Notes under the pieces: generated by a model
Told to the model about the DNA's origin: nothing
What the model saw: the letters and a program-made list of their open reading frames with translations, nothing else
The model's database searches: none
Origin: an uncultured Pseudomonadota bacterium
GTDB lineage: Bacteria; Pseudomonadota; Alphaproteobacteria; Rhizobiales; Xanthobacteraceae
DNA length: 64,000 bases
Assembly: GCA_963697535.1 (NCBI GenBank)
Contig: OY969085.1
Coordinates: forward strand, 509,180-573,179
Direction: 5' to 3'
Program-made: the position numbers and the translations under genes
Shown here: piece after piece, positions 56,274 through 64,000 of the stretch
How positions within the stretch are numbered: position 1 is the first letter of the stretch
How the letters are laid out: every line of letters starts with the position of its first letter

Positions 56274-56561
56274 GTGAGTACAGCTATGACGGAGCCTCAC
56301 CACCCGAGGGTCAAATATGTCATCGGACCCGATGGCAGCCCGCTGACCGTTGCCGATCTGCCGCCGCCCACGACCAAACGTTGGGTCATTCGCCGCAAAG
56401 CCGAAGTTGTGGCCGCCGTCCGCGGCGGTCTTTTATCGCTGGAAGAGGCTTGCACCCGCTACACGCTCACGGTCGAGGAATTTTTGTCGTGGCAATATTC
56501 CATCGACCAGCACGGTCTTGCGGGCTTACGCACGACACGCATTCAGCATTATCGGCAGTAG
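56274..56561 (+). CDS. sciP: DUF1153-family small HTH protein, SciP-like CtrA inhibitor
   Basis: 'VKYVIGPDGSPLTVADLPPPTTKRWVIRRKAEVVAAVRGGLLSLEEACTRYTLTVEEFLSWQ' is present. Confidence 0.8.
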   Translation: MSTAMTEPHHPRVKYVIGPDGSPLTVADLPPPTTKRWVIRRKAEVVAAVRGGLLSLEEACTRYTLTVEEFLSWQYSIDQHGLAGLRTTRIQHYRQ

Positions 56562-56580
56562 AGGCGATCGGAGAATAGCT

Positions 56581-56613
56581 TCGCCTCCCGGCCCTTTCGA
56601 GCCGGGAAGGCGC
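56581..56613. terminator. GC-rich hairpin between convergent genes (possible bidirectional terminator)
   Basis: 'cgcctcccggccctttcgagccgggaaggcg' forms an 11-bp stem with one mismatch. The T-run is weak. Confidence 0.4.
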
Positions 56614-56623
56614 AAATTTGTGG

Positions 56624-57163
56624 TCATTCGGCCGAGCCCGCGGGTGGTGCTGACACATTCGCGGATTGTCGTGAGCTTAGGCTAAGTTGATGATCTATCT
56701 GGTCTAGAACGTTGTTCATTTCGCCGAGCCTTGTGCTAGCCCGATCAAATCCGGTCCAGCACTGCCCGTCGTCGGGTTTACTGTTGAGCGTGTTGGTCAA
56801 CATAAGCCATTCCGTTACATTGCGGTGTCCGATTAGGCGAGCCTGCACACGAAGATGATTTAATGCGAAGAGATCGGCTTTGGAAATGTTTGGGTTTTCC
56901 GCAAGTTTAGCCTGCCAAGTTTGTAGTTGACTTAGTATCTTTTGCGCCCTGTCTTCGCCAATTTCCGCGTCTCCCCGTTGCGTTCTTAGCACTTGACGCA
57001 CCAAGCGTTGGGCGGCCGCTAGTTTGGCGTTGTTCGGTGGATTTGCGCTGCTCTGTGCTTGCTGATAGCTCAATGCCGCGCTGAGGGCTCTCTCTTTGAG
57101 AGTCTTGTTACTGGCGTTGATGGCGTTAATGGCATCTGAAAGGCCATTACTATGAATTGTCAT
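56624..57163 (-). CDS. Hypothetical protein (179 aa)
   Basis: Long ORF in a lower-GC patch. No motif recognised. Confidence 0.5.
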   Translation of the reverse strand: MTIHSNGLSDAINAINASNKTLKERALSAALSYQQAQSSANPPNNAKLAAAQRLVRQVLRTQRGDAEIGEDRAQKILSQLQTWQAKLAENPNISKADLFALNHLRVQARLIGHRNVTEWLMLTNTLNSKPDDGQCWTGFDRASTRLGEMNNVLDQIDHQLSLSSRQSANVSAPPAGSAE

Positions 57164-57219
57164 AGTCTCAATTTCGGATTTAATAGTTTTGTCCCCTGCG
57201 ACGGGGCCGCTTTTGAATT

Positions 57220-57660
57220 TCAGGAAGTTCTTCCATCCAAAGCTCTTAATTTTGCTTCCAGTTCAAAAACGGGTTCTTGCGCTTTTAGCCAATCGGAAAC
57301 CGCCGCTTTCGCCTGCGCCTCCAAAGCATCCGCGTTGGGTTTTGAGGCTTTTTGTATTATTGTTGCACGTCGTGATTTTGCACGTGTGGGTACCTGCGAT
57401 CGCGAATTTCCTTGCGCCGGCTTCTGGCGTTCTCCCGGGGTCACCGAAATACCCGGGCGTACACTCGTGGCAGAAGACACAGCACCTAGCGACGTTTCGT
57501 TGCGAAGCATGGCGGCATATCCGGCACGAGGCGTGCGTGTGGTGGAAGCGCTTGCGGCACTAATAGACGTGCCCGAAACGGCTTCATAGACGTTTACCGC
57601 CGCATAAACATCTCGCGCTGCCCATGGTGCCATCGCAGCTGTTGATTCTCGCAATGTCAT
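57220..57660 (-). CDS. Hypothetical Ser/Ala-rich protein (146 aa)
   Basis: ORF upstream of and co-oriented with 56624-57163. No motif recognised. Confidence 0.4.
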   Translation of the reverse strand: MTLRESTAAMAPWAARDVYAAVNVYEAVSGTSISAASASTTRTPRAGYAAMLRNETSLGAVSSATSVRPGISVTPGERQKPAQGNSRSQVPTRAKSRRATIIQKASKPNADALEAQAKAAVSDWLKAQEPVFELEAKLRALDGRTS

Positions 57661-57853
57661 GACAAATTCCTATTTCTTGTTCTGTATGTCGATTCCCCGC
57701 TTGAATGAGACTTTCGCAGAGGCCCCGCGCCCTATTTGCGGCGCGTTTGATTTGTAACGAAGGCGATAAAATCGTACAAGTTCGCAATCCCCAAGCCGGA
57801 TTAACCATACTCAAAGCGCACACGTCTAAAAATCTCAAAGTTGCAGTATTGCC

Positions 57854-59011
57854 GTGATGTCGATCTTCTCCCGCAGCCTCACCCTCGGCTCGATTGCCTT
57901 GGCTTTGCTGTTCAACGTAACCCTTTCGGGCGCGCAAGGCCCTGCCGCAAGTCCCGCCGCCCTTGCCACCTACCGCGCCCAACTTGCACACTACGAAAAG
58001 GTGCACGGCGCCTATGAGATCAGGGCGACGGCCTATTGGCAAGCCGTGGCCGAGAAGCGAAAGCTTCGCCATGCCAAGCGCCGTGAACACAGGCCCATCG
58101 GCGCGAACGATTACGTGCTCACCCAGCCGCCGGTCTATTCCGGTCCGCGCCCACCCATCGATCCACAAGCCATCGGCCCCGCGCCGCATGAACGGCCGCC
58201 GATCCCCCTCGTCGCCGACTTCCTCAAAGCCGCCTTCGAGGAATTTGGCTTTACGCCGGATTTGCCGCGCAACGAAAACGATTTCAAACTCGCTTACGCG
58301 CGCGCCGCCGCCGCCGCCGGCTTGAACAAAGATCAAATCGTCGGCATTTATGCGTTCGAAACCGGTGGCATGGGCACCTACAAAACCCAAGCCGGCGTCA
58401 CGGCCTCGCGCACGCGCGCGATCTCGCCCGCGCTCGGTTATAATCAATTGCTCAGCACCAACACGGTCTCGCTACTGGCCGAGCATGGCCGCCGTTACAC
58501 GGCGATCTTGCGCATGAAGGCGCTATTGCAGCGTGGCGAAGCACGCCGCCGCATGGAGCGAAAGATCGAAGCACTCGCCCGCATGATTGCTTTTTGCCAA
58601 TCCGTGCCCGCCAGATGGAGCGAACAAGACCGGATTGCCAAGACAACGCGCGGCGGCTGGGGCGTTCATGCCGCCGTGCTCGATGTCGATATCGGACCGC
58701 TGCTGCAAGTGCAGAAACTGATCGATTCGGTGCAATTTGCCCGCAGCAAAGGCTACACCCGCACTTTAGCTGCCCCCGAACTTGAATTGATGAATCTGAC
58801 CGGCGATGGCAATGGCATCGATATGCTGCTGATGCCGACGAGCTTGCGTGAGCGCGTGCCGACCGCGAATTTTTTTCAGCAGCGTGGATACGAGCGCAAC
58901 CCCATCGCGCGGCACACGAAATTCGTCGCCAACCTCATTGCTGAAATCGCCGCCGACATGACGCGCGGCGTACAAGCCCCAGGCGCCCGCGATTTGGCCA
59001 AGGCGTTTTAG
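57854..59011 (+). CDS. Hypothetical secreted protein
   Basis: Signal-like N-terminus 'MMSIFSRSLTLGSIALALLFNVTLSGAQG'. The Pro-rich linker is followed by 'GIYAFETGGMGTYKTQAGV...SPALGYNQLL'. Confidence 0.6.
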   Translation: MMSIFSRSLTLGSIALALLFNVTLSGAQGPAASPAALATYRAQLAHYEKVHGAYEIRATAYWQAVAEKRKLRHAKRREHRPIGANDYVLTQPPVYSGPRPPIDPQAIGPAPHERPPIPLVADFLKAAFEEFGFTPDLPRNENDFKLAYARAAAAAGLNKDQIVGIYAFETGGMGTYKTQAGVTASRTRAISPALGYNQLLSTNTVSLLAEHGRRYTAILRMKALLQRGEARRRMERKIEALARMIAFCQSVPARWSEQDRIAKTTRGGWGVHAAVLDVDIGPLLQVQKLIDSVQFARSKGYTRTLAAPELELMNLTGDGNGIDMLLMPTSLRERVPTANFFQQRGYERNPIARHTKFVANLIAEIAADMTRGVQAPGARDLAKAF

Positions 59012-59209
59012 GGGTATGATCCGTTCAAATCGAACCACTCGACGCCGCCGCAGGCGCACCTCCCCTTGACAAGGGGAGGTAGGCGTGTGCGGCACAGGTT
59101 TTGGACCAAAACCTGCGCTGCAAATGCAAGGATGACCGGTCGCATCACGAATGCGCTAAACACGAGTGCGCATCTAAGCGGCTACGACTTCTGCAGCCAG
59201 CCTCCCGCG

Positions 59210-59629
59210 TCACCGGTTGCCCTGCGCGATTTCCTCGATGAGGTCGACGACCCGGCGGCGCAATTTGGGGTCGTGGATTTCCATGAATGCCTTCGTTAAC
59301 GCCAGGCCGTGCGAGCTCGCCAGAAAACCGGAAATGTAATCGGGGGCAACCGCCACCGCGGCGGCTTCGTCGTGCCGTTCTTGTTGGCGTGTCTCCGGCA
59401 CACTTTCGAAGAAAAAAGAAACCGGCACGCCGAGGATTTCCGAGATGTGCTGAAGACGGCTGGCGCCGATCCGGTTGGTCCCTTTTTCGTATTTCTGGAC
59501 TTGCTGAAACGTAACGCCCAGCAGGCTGCCGAGCTTAACCTGGCTCATTCCCAACATTAGCCGGCGCATTCGTACACGCGAGCCAACATATTTATCCATT
59601 GGATTCGGAGATTTCGTTGCCATTTTCAT
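59210..59629 (-). CDS. XRE-family transcriptional regulator
   Basis: 'YVGSRVRMRRLMLGMSQVKLGSLLGVTFQQVQKYEKGTNRIGASRLQHISEILGVPVSFFF' is present. Confidence 0.8.
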   Translation of the reverse strand: MKMATKSPNPMDKYVGSRVRMRRLMLGMSQVKLGSLLGVTFQQVQKYEKGTNRIGASRLQHISEILGVPVSFFFESVPETRQQERHDEAAAVAVAPDYISGFLASSHGLALTKAFMEIHDPKLRRRVVDLIEEIAQGNR

Positions 59630-60085
59630 TCGTTCAATCAAAGGTTGTCGATTTACGGTACCCCACCCACGGTAGCACAGGCCAGGAAACGGAGACAACA
59701 CATCGTAGTTAGCAGCATGGTATATATGCCCGTCATTAAAACTGCGGTATTTTTTTGTTAGAGTAAATCTAAGTCAAAAGCATTTCTAAAAATTGCCATA
59801 TAAAATAAACAATAAAAAGGCAACATTAAAAGAAATCAGTCATCCGATGATGCCGTGAACGCTTGACAGCCTCGTCGGTAAAATTCCGCTCCGCGCTTAA
59901 CAGAATGGCCATCAATATTTGCATTGATCGGCGGCGGATGATTGGGCTTTTCCCGTACAATAATCGCATCGAAAAAAAAGCGGCCGCTCATTCGCCGAAG
60001 AAGCCGAAGAAAATAAAAACCCTCCTCGAAGACCGCAGCTTTTGAGATTTTAAACGTTGAGCGAGCATTGCGCCTGTGCGCAACC

Positions 60086-60499
60086 TCAATGGGCGACGGC
60101 GTCGAATGGCGCCGCTTCGCGGCCACTTTTCTCACGCAGCTGATCACGCTCGTCCCGCATTTCCACTTTCTTCAACTCTTCGAGTGCCTCGCCCAGATTC
60201 GCTTTGGCCTCATCGAGCTGCTGGCGCAACCCTTTGGTCGTGCGCATAATATTGTCACGGCGGGTTGCGGCCGCCTTGGCGTAGGTCGGATAGGCAAAAT
60301 GCGCCGGATCGTGAATACCCGCGCGGTCTTGCTCGATCTTGATCTCGCGCTCCAGTTCGCCGGCAATTCGATCGAAATCGGCAAGCATCGTTTCAATCTG
60401 CATGACCTTGCGCCGTTTTTCGCCGACCTGGAATTTTTGTAAACGGATGAGCGTTTCGCGTGACTTCATCGACTTGATACTCCCCGAAGTCATAGACAT
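60086..60499 (-). CDS. fliJ: Flagellar export chaperone FliJ-like protein
   Basis: 'MKSRETLIRLQKFQVGEKRRKVMQIETMLADFDRIAGELEREI..EQDRAGIHDPAHFAYPTYAKAA' is present. The true start is possibly the Met at 60469. Confidence 0.7.
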   Translation of the reverse strand: MSMTSGSIKSMKSRETLIRLQKFQVGEKRRKVMQIETMLADFDRIAGELEREIKIEQDRAGIHDPAHFAYPTYAKAAATRRDNIMRTTKGLRQQLDEAKANLGEALEELKKVEMRDERDQLREKSGREAAPFDAVAH

Positions 60500-60721
60500 T
60501 TTCGGCGGTCTCCTTCCGCAGCCGCCAATTGGCGATCGCCGGCGCGGTCGGTTTGGAATTTTCAGCGGGACGTACTCTTAGGCACATTGTGTTAGTTTTC
60601 GGTTTCCGTAGTTAATTTTCTCGCGCGGCAAGGTACTGCCATAAACCGGCCGTCAGCCTTAACGCCCTGAATAGGCCTTAACGCTTTGTTTACCGGCCTC
60701 GTTAATGATCGAGTCACTGTC

Positions 60722-60891
60722 CTAGTGGTCCAATTCAAACATTCGCTACCCATTTCGGCGGGGATCTTTTGCGAATGTTTGAATCGAAAGACCATGAGCC
60801 AAATATAAGTTTCTAGTGGAGTTTTGGATTTGACATTCGCTTCGCGAGCTTGCGGCCAGGTGGGTAACGAATGTCAAATCCACTCCACTAG
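60722..60891. mobile_element. MITE-like double-hairpin element, CTAG-bounded (copy 5, orientation A-B)
   Basis: Near-identical to the 8406-8575 copy. It lies in the fliJ-ctrA divergent intergenic region. Confidence 0.85.
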
Positions 60892-61059
60892 GGACGACGG
60901 CCCTGAAACACCCGGCCAGGACGAAAGGGTGTCGTTCGAATCTGGTCCGGTCTCGAACCGATTGTATGAACTGCTGCGTGGCTAAAAAAACGCTCTTGGC
61001 GGGTTGACGGTAAACGTTGCTGCTCGCGCAGGACACTTGCATGAGAGAATCAGGTTTTG

Positions 61060-61074
61060 TTAACCACAAATCAA
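61060..61074. promoter_or_regulatory. Near-consensus CtrA box (TTAA-N7-TCAA) upstream of ctrA
   Basis: 'ttaaccacaaatcaa' lies ~100 bp upstream of the ctrA ATG. Confidence 0.35.
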
Positions 61075-61175
61075 TTCGCGTCAAATCAGTGTTTCCCACC
61101 GCGTTTCATTTCATCACTGGCCGCCTCACGCGGCGCTCAAAACTTACGGCCCGGTGCGGCGAAGAGGGGACCTAA

Positions 61176-61877
61176 ATGCGCATTTTATTGATTGAAGACG
61201 ACGGCGCAACCGCACGCTCGATCGAGCTGATGCTTAAATCCGAAAGTTTCAACGTCTATGCGACGGAACTAGGAGAGGAGGGTGTCGATCTCGGCAAGCT
61301 GTACGACTACGACATCATCCTTTTGGACCTGAACCTGCCCGACATGTCGGGTTACGAGGTGCTGCGAACTTTGCGCGTCTCCAAGGTCAGAACGCCGATC
61401 CTGATCTTGTCCGGCCTTGCCGGCACCGAGGACAAGGTCAAAGGTCTCGGCTTCGGCGCCGACGACTATATGACCAAGCCCTTCCATAAGGATGAGCTCG
61501 TCGCCCGTATTCATGCCATCGTGCGCCGCTCGAAGGGCCACGCCCAGTCCGTCATCAATACCGGCGATCTCGCCGTCAATCTCGACGCCAAAACGGTGGA
61601 AGTCGGCGGCCAGCGGGTGCATCTGACCGGCAAGGAATACCAAATGCTCGAACTGCTCTCCTTGCGCAAGGGCACCACGCTGACAAAGGAGATGTTCCTC
61701 AACCACCTCTACGGCGGAATGGACGAGCCTGAACTGAAAATCATCGATGTGTTCATCTGCAAATTGCGCAAGAAGCTCGCCAATGCTTCTTCGGGAAAAA
61801 ATTACATCGAAACGGTTTGGGGCCGCGGCTACGTCCTGCGCGAACCCATCGAACACGACGAGCGCATCCCCGCGTAA
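61176..61877 (+). CDS. ctrA: Cell-cycle response regulator CtrA (OmpR family)
   Basis: 'MRILLIEDD...[22 protein letters not shown]...TPILILSGL...[26 protein letters not shown]...[50 protein letters not shown]' is present. Confidence 0.95.
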   Translation: MRILLIEDDGATARSIELMLKSESFNVYATELGEEGVDLGKLYDYDIILLDLNLPDMSGYEVLRTLRVSKVRTPILILSGLAGTEDKVKGLGFGADDYMTKPFHKDELVARIHAIVRRSKGHAQSVINTGDLAVNLDAKTVEVGGQRVHLTGKEYQMLELLSLRKGTTLTKEMFLNHLYGGMDEPELKIIDVFICKLRKKLANASSGKNYIETVWGRGYVLREPIEHDERIPA

Positions 61878-61905
61878 CGCTTTGCGATAAAACTATCGTG
61901 GCAAT

Positions 61906-61934
61906 AAAGCCCGGGCGACGGATCGGGCTTTTTG
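61906..61934 (+). terminator. Rho-independent terminator after ctrA
   Basis: 'aaagcccgggcgacggatcgggcttttt' has an agcccg/cgggct stem followed by a T-run. Confidence 0.7.
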
Positions 61935-61979
61935 CGTATCAGGAACAGGGTCATGCGCTCGTCCGAGCCGAGCAATTCT

Positions 61980-63044
61980 TTAATGAAAATTATCAAGATA
62001 TCGGGGCGGATAGTGCTGCCTGAGCGTCCGGAAAATCGGAATCTTTGTTCGAAGGGATGGCATGCATGCCTTCGCGCGCCATAGGAAACTTTCATCATTT
62101 GGGTCCGGCGCCGTGAATGCATCGGCATAGCAAAGCGCGCCGGCTTCAGCCGCGAGATTTTGAACCGCCTGGACCATCGGCGGCACGCCGCATGCGTAGA
62201 CCGTATCTTGCGCATTCAAGGGAGGCACGTGGTCAGTGGGGCGGCCCGCGCGTATCAGCGAGCTTGCGGTTTGCGGCACGTCGGTCACCGGAATAATCTT
62301 CACCTGCGGAAACTCGGCCAGCCAGCACAGCGCGGGAGTCATATACAAGTCTTCTAGCGAGCGAACGCCGGCGACGACCACGATCTCGCGATCAGGATTC
62401 TCCTTGACCGCGGCCACCGCAATCGACCAAATCGGCGCGAAGCCCGTGCCTCCCGCGATGAGTACGAGGCGATTACGCGTGCCCGCACGCAGATAGGCCG
62501 ACCCAAAAGGTCCATCGACCTTGACGCGATGGCCCGGCTCGATCACAGCACCCAAGGCCGACGATACGCGACCATTCGGCACGCGGCGTATGTGCAGGCG
62601 GATGGCGCCGTCCTCGCGTGCATCAAACGCGACGGTGGGACTGAAGCAGCGCGATGGAAAGCCACGAAAGCAAATCTGGAAATATTGGCCCGGCAGGTAA
62701 CGAACCGGCCGCGCCGGTTTTAACGTCACTTCGATGACGTCGCGCGTCAAGAGAGAAAGCGCACGCACCTTCCCCAGGGTGCTCAAAATCGGCGGCGTCG
62801 CCTCCGTCTCGATCGTAACGTCCCCCATGATTCGGGCCTGACAGGCACGCACGAGACCTCGCTCGTCGCATCGGCCGCCAAAAACACGTCCTTTCACCAC
62901 GCGCGCGCGGCAGGTTCCGCAATGTCCGGAACGGCAGTCGTGCGCAAGCTCCAGCCCTTGCATCAATGCCGCGTCGAGAAGCAGTTCTCCGCAACGAGCG
63001 GAGAATGTCTCGCCGTTGAGGGACACTGTGCACAGTTTCGGCAT
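61980..63044 (-). CDS. 2Fe-2S ferredoxin / FNR-like (FAD-NAD binding) oxidoreductase
   Basis: N-terminal 'CRSGHCGTCRARV' plant-type 2Fe-2S motif, 'RCFSP' FAD-binding and 'LIAGGTGFAPI' NAD-binding motifs. GGAGG lies upstream of the ATG. Confidence 0.8.
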   Translation of the reverse strand: MPKLCTVSLNGETFSARCGELLLDAALMQGLELAHDCRSGHCGTCRARVVKGRVFGGRCDERGLVRACQARIMGDVTIETEATPPILSTLGKVRALSLLTRDVIEVTLKPARPVRYLPGQYFQICFRGFPSRCFSPTVAFDAREDGAIRLHIRRVPNGRVSSALGAVIEPGHRVKVDGPFGSAYLRAGTRNRLVLIAGGTGFAPIWSIAVAAVKENPDREIVVVAGVRSLEDLYMTPALCWLAEFPQVKIIPVTDVPQTASSLIRAGRPTDHVPPLNAQDTVYACGVPPMVQAVQNLAAEAGALCYADAFTAPDPNDESFLWRAKACMPSLRTKIPIFRTLRQHYPPRYLDNFH

Positions 63045-64000
63045 GCTTCCACCTCCAAACGAATGGGACGAACAGCGCGGGTATGATGACTCTGACTGTG
63101 ATCGAAAGCCGCCACGCGTAAGTATGTGCCGCTCACGATCGGTACGTCGTAAGGACTCTCAGTGTTGAGACGGCGCGCCATTTCAAGCGTCCATCGGCCG
63201 GCTGACCAGCGGGCGACCGCCCGCACATCGGCGTGATCTCCGGTGTATTTGCCGGCGGCGATTACGCCGGGAATGATCGCGCCGATGGGAATTTGCGCGT
63301 CGAGTTCGACCGAGTAAGGCTGCGAACTCGTTTTCACTCATCCACCAGCGCGCGTTGTCACTCTCACCGTGATTGGGATTGAGGTCGATGGCGCCGAACG
63401 CATCACGTAGTTTAGTCCAGTCTTTCGGCAGCCGGAGCGGCCGCAGCGGACGATCATAGCCGCCGGCTCGACGGCGCTCGAAATTATCCGCGTAGGCGGC
63501 ACTGCCCGGGTCGCCGGCAAATCCGCCTTTGTAAGGCTGTTGCCCGTGTTCTTGCGCTTGCGTTGGCTCCACCGGCGGACCGAAATAGTCGTCGTCGGCC
63601 GCACCGCTCTCGCCGCTGCTCGTCGCTTTCCATTCCCACACATCCGCAATTTCATTGCCTGTCGTGTAATGCAGCCCGCGCCCCGAAGAACTGGCCGGCA
63701 TGCCCGCGAGCGGCGCGCGCCCGCTATGGAAGGTGCGGTCGCCGGGAATTACGTCGTCGGAGCTACTCAACAGAACCGCGAACTTGTCTTCGAAGTACGT
63801 ATCTTCGTCATCCCGGGCGTATTTTTCCTGCAAGAGACGCCAGCCTTGTTTGCTCTTGACCAGCGGCAAGTGCTTGAGCGAACGCGTAGGATCGTCCCAG
63901 ACAAATGCGAAATAAACATACTCGCGGTCATGTACGGCGCGAATTTGCACCGTGGTCGTGCCTTTGCCATCGAAGTTCGCGCCTTGATCCGTTGCAACCG
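62963..64000 (-). pseudogene. Ethylbenzene-dehydrogenase-like (EB_dh/DOMON) haem-binding domain protein; 5' end outside window, frameshift near 63325
   Basis: The frame is open to the window edge ('...GKGTTTVQIRAVHDREYVYFAFVWDD...ARWWMSENEF') and continues in another frame as 'SQPYSVELDAQIPIGAIIPGVIAAGKYTGDHADV...'. The 3' end overlaps the reductase gene by ~80 nt. Confidence 0.6.

Noticed and set aside
57584-58447. A 287-aa minus-strand ORF.
   Set aside because: It is antisense to the secreted-protein gene, which has a clear signal peptide. The Gly/Arg-rich composition is typical of a shadow ORF.
59836-60147. A 103-aa minus-strand ORF (and a 60-aa plus-strand ORF) in the AT-rich gap between the XRE regulator and fliJ.
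   Set aside because: It overlaps the fliJ 3' end, has no SD or motif, and sits in low-complexity AT-rich sequence. The support is insufficient.

Overview
This is a roughly 60% GC chromosomal window that looks alphaproteobacterial (Hyphomicrobiales/Rhizobiales-like). The taxonomic call rests on the CtrA/SciP/FliJ module, hopanoid-associated genes and Rhizobiales-type REP palindromes.

Layout:
- 1-14.5 kb and 18.1-22.9 kb: a surface-glycan (LPS/EPS) locus. It holds GT2, GT9 and two GT4 glycosyltransferases, an O-antigen-ligase-family protein, a WecA-like initiating transferase, a MurJ-like flippase, two tandem sulfotransferases, methyl- and acetyltransferases, a UDP-GlcA-epimerase-like enzyme, a WbpB/WbpE-like oxidoreductase/aminotransferase pair and an APS kinase.
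- 14.5-18.0 kb: a small accessory insert splits that locus. It carries a coupled pair of unknown genes, a higB + XRE-ImmA pair, a broken IS1-family transposase and MITE copies.
- 23-37 kb: housekeeping genes (mltB-like, a second higBA, ilvIH, miaA, serB, degP, hflKC, folA-thyA).
- 36.6-38.8 kb: a repeat-rich non-coding stretch.
- 38.8-51.8 kb: gentisate-pathway-like genes interrupted by a decayed type IIG restriction-modification gene, then egtBD and hpnA/hpnG-like genes.
- 51.9-54.1 kb: an AT-rich H-NS/RHH/tRNA-Met region.
- 54.8-61.9 kb: mnmA and a sciP-fliJ-ctrA cell-cycle module.
- 62-64 kb: a DOMON/EB_dh-like gene with a ferredoxin reductase.

Most notable observations:
- A 170-bp CTAG-bounded double-hairpin MITE family (4 full or composite copies plus 1 fragment) that remodels gene 3' ends.
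- A spacer-less array of about 37-bp hairpin repeats, plus two microsatellites, immediately upstream of thyA.
- A candidate leader-peptide attenuator for ilvIH.
- A truncated CysN-CysC fusion that could supply PAPS to the sulfotransferases.
- An unusually high number of frame-disrupted genes. This could be real decay or assembly indels; I cannot tell which from the sequence alone.

No homology searches were run. All product calls come from motifs I recognise in the supplied translations.
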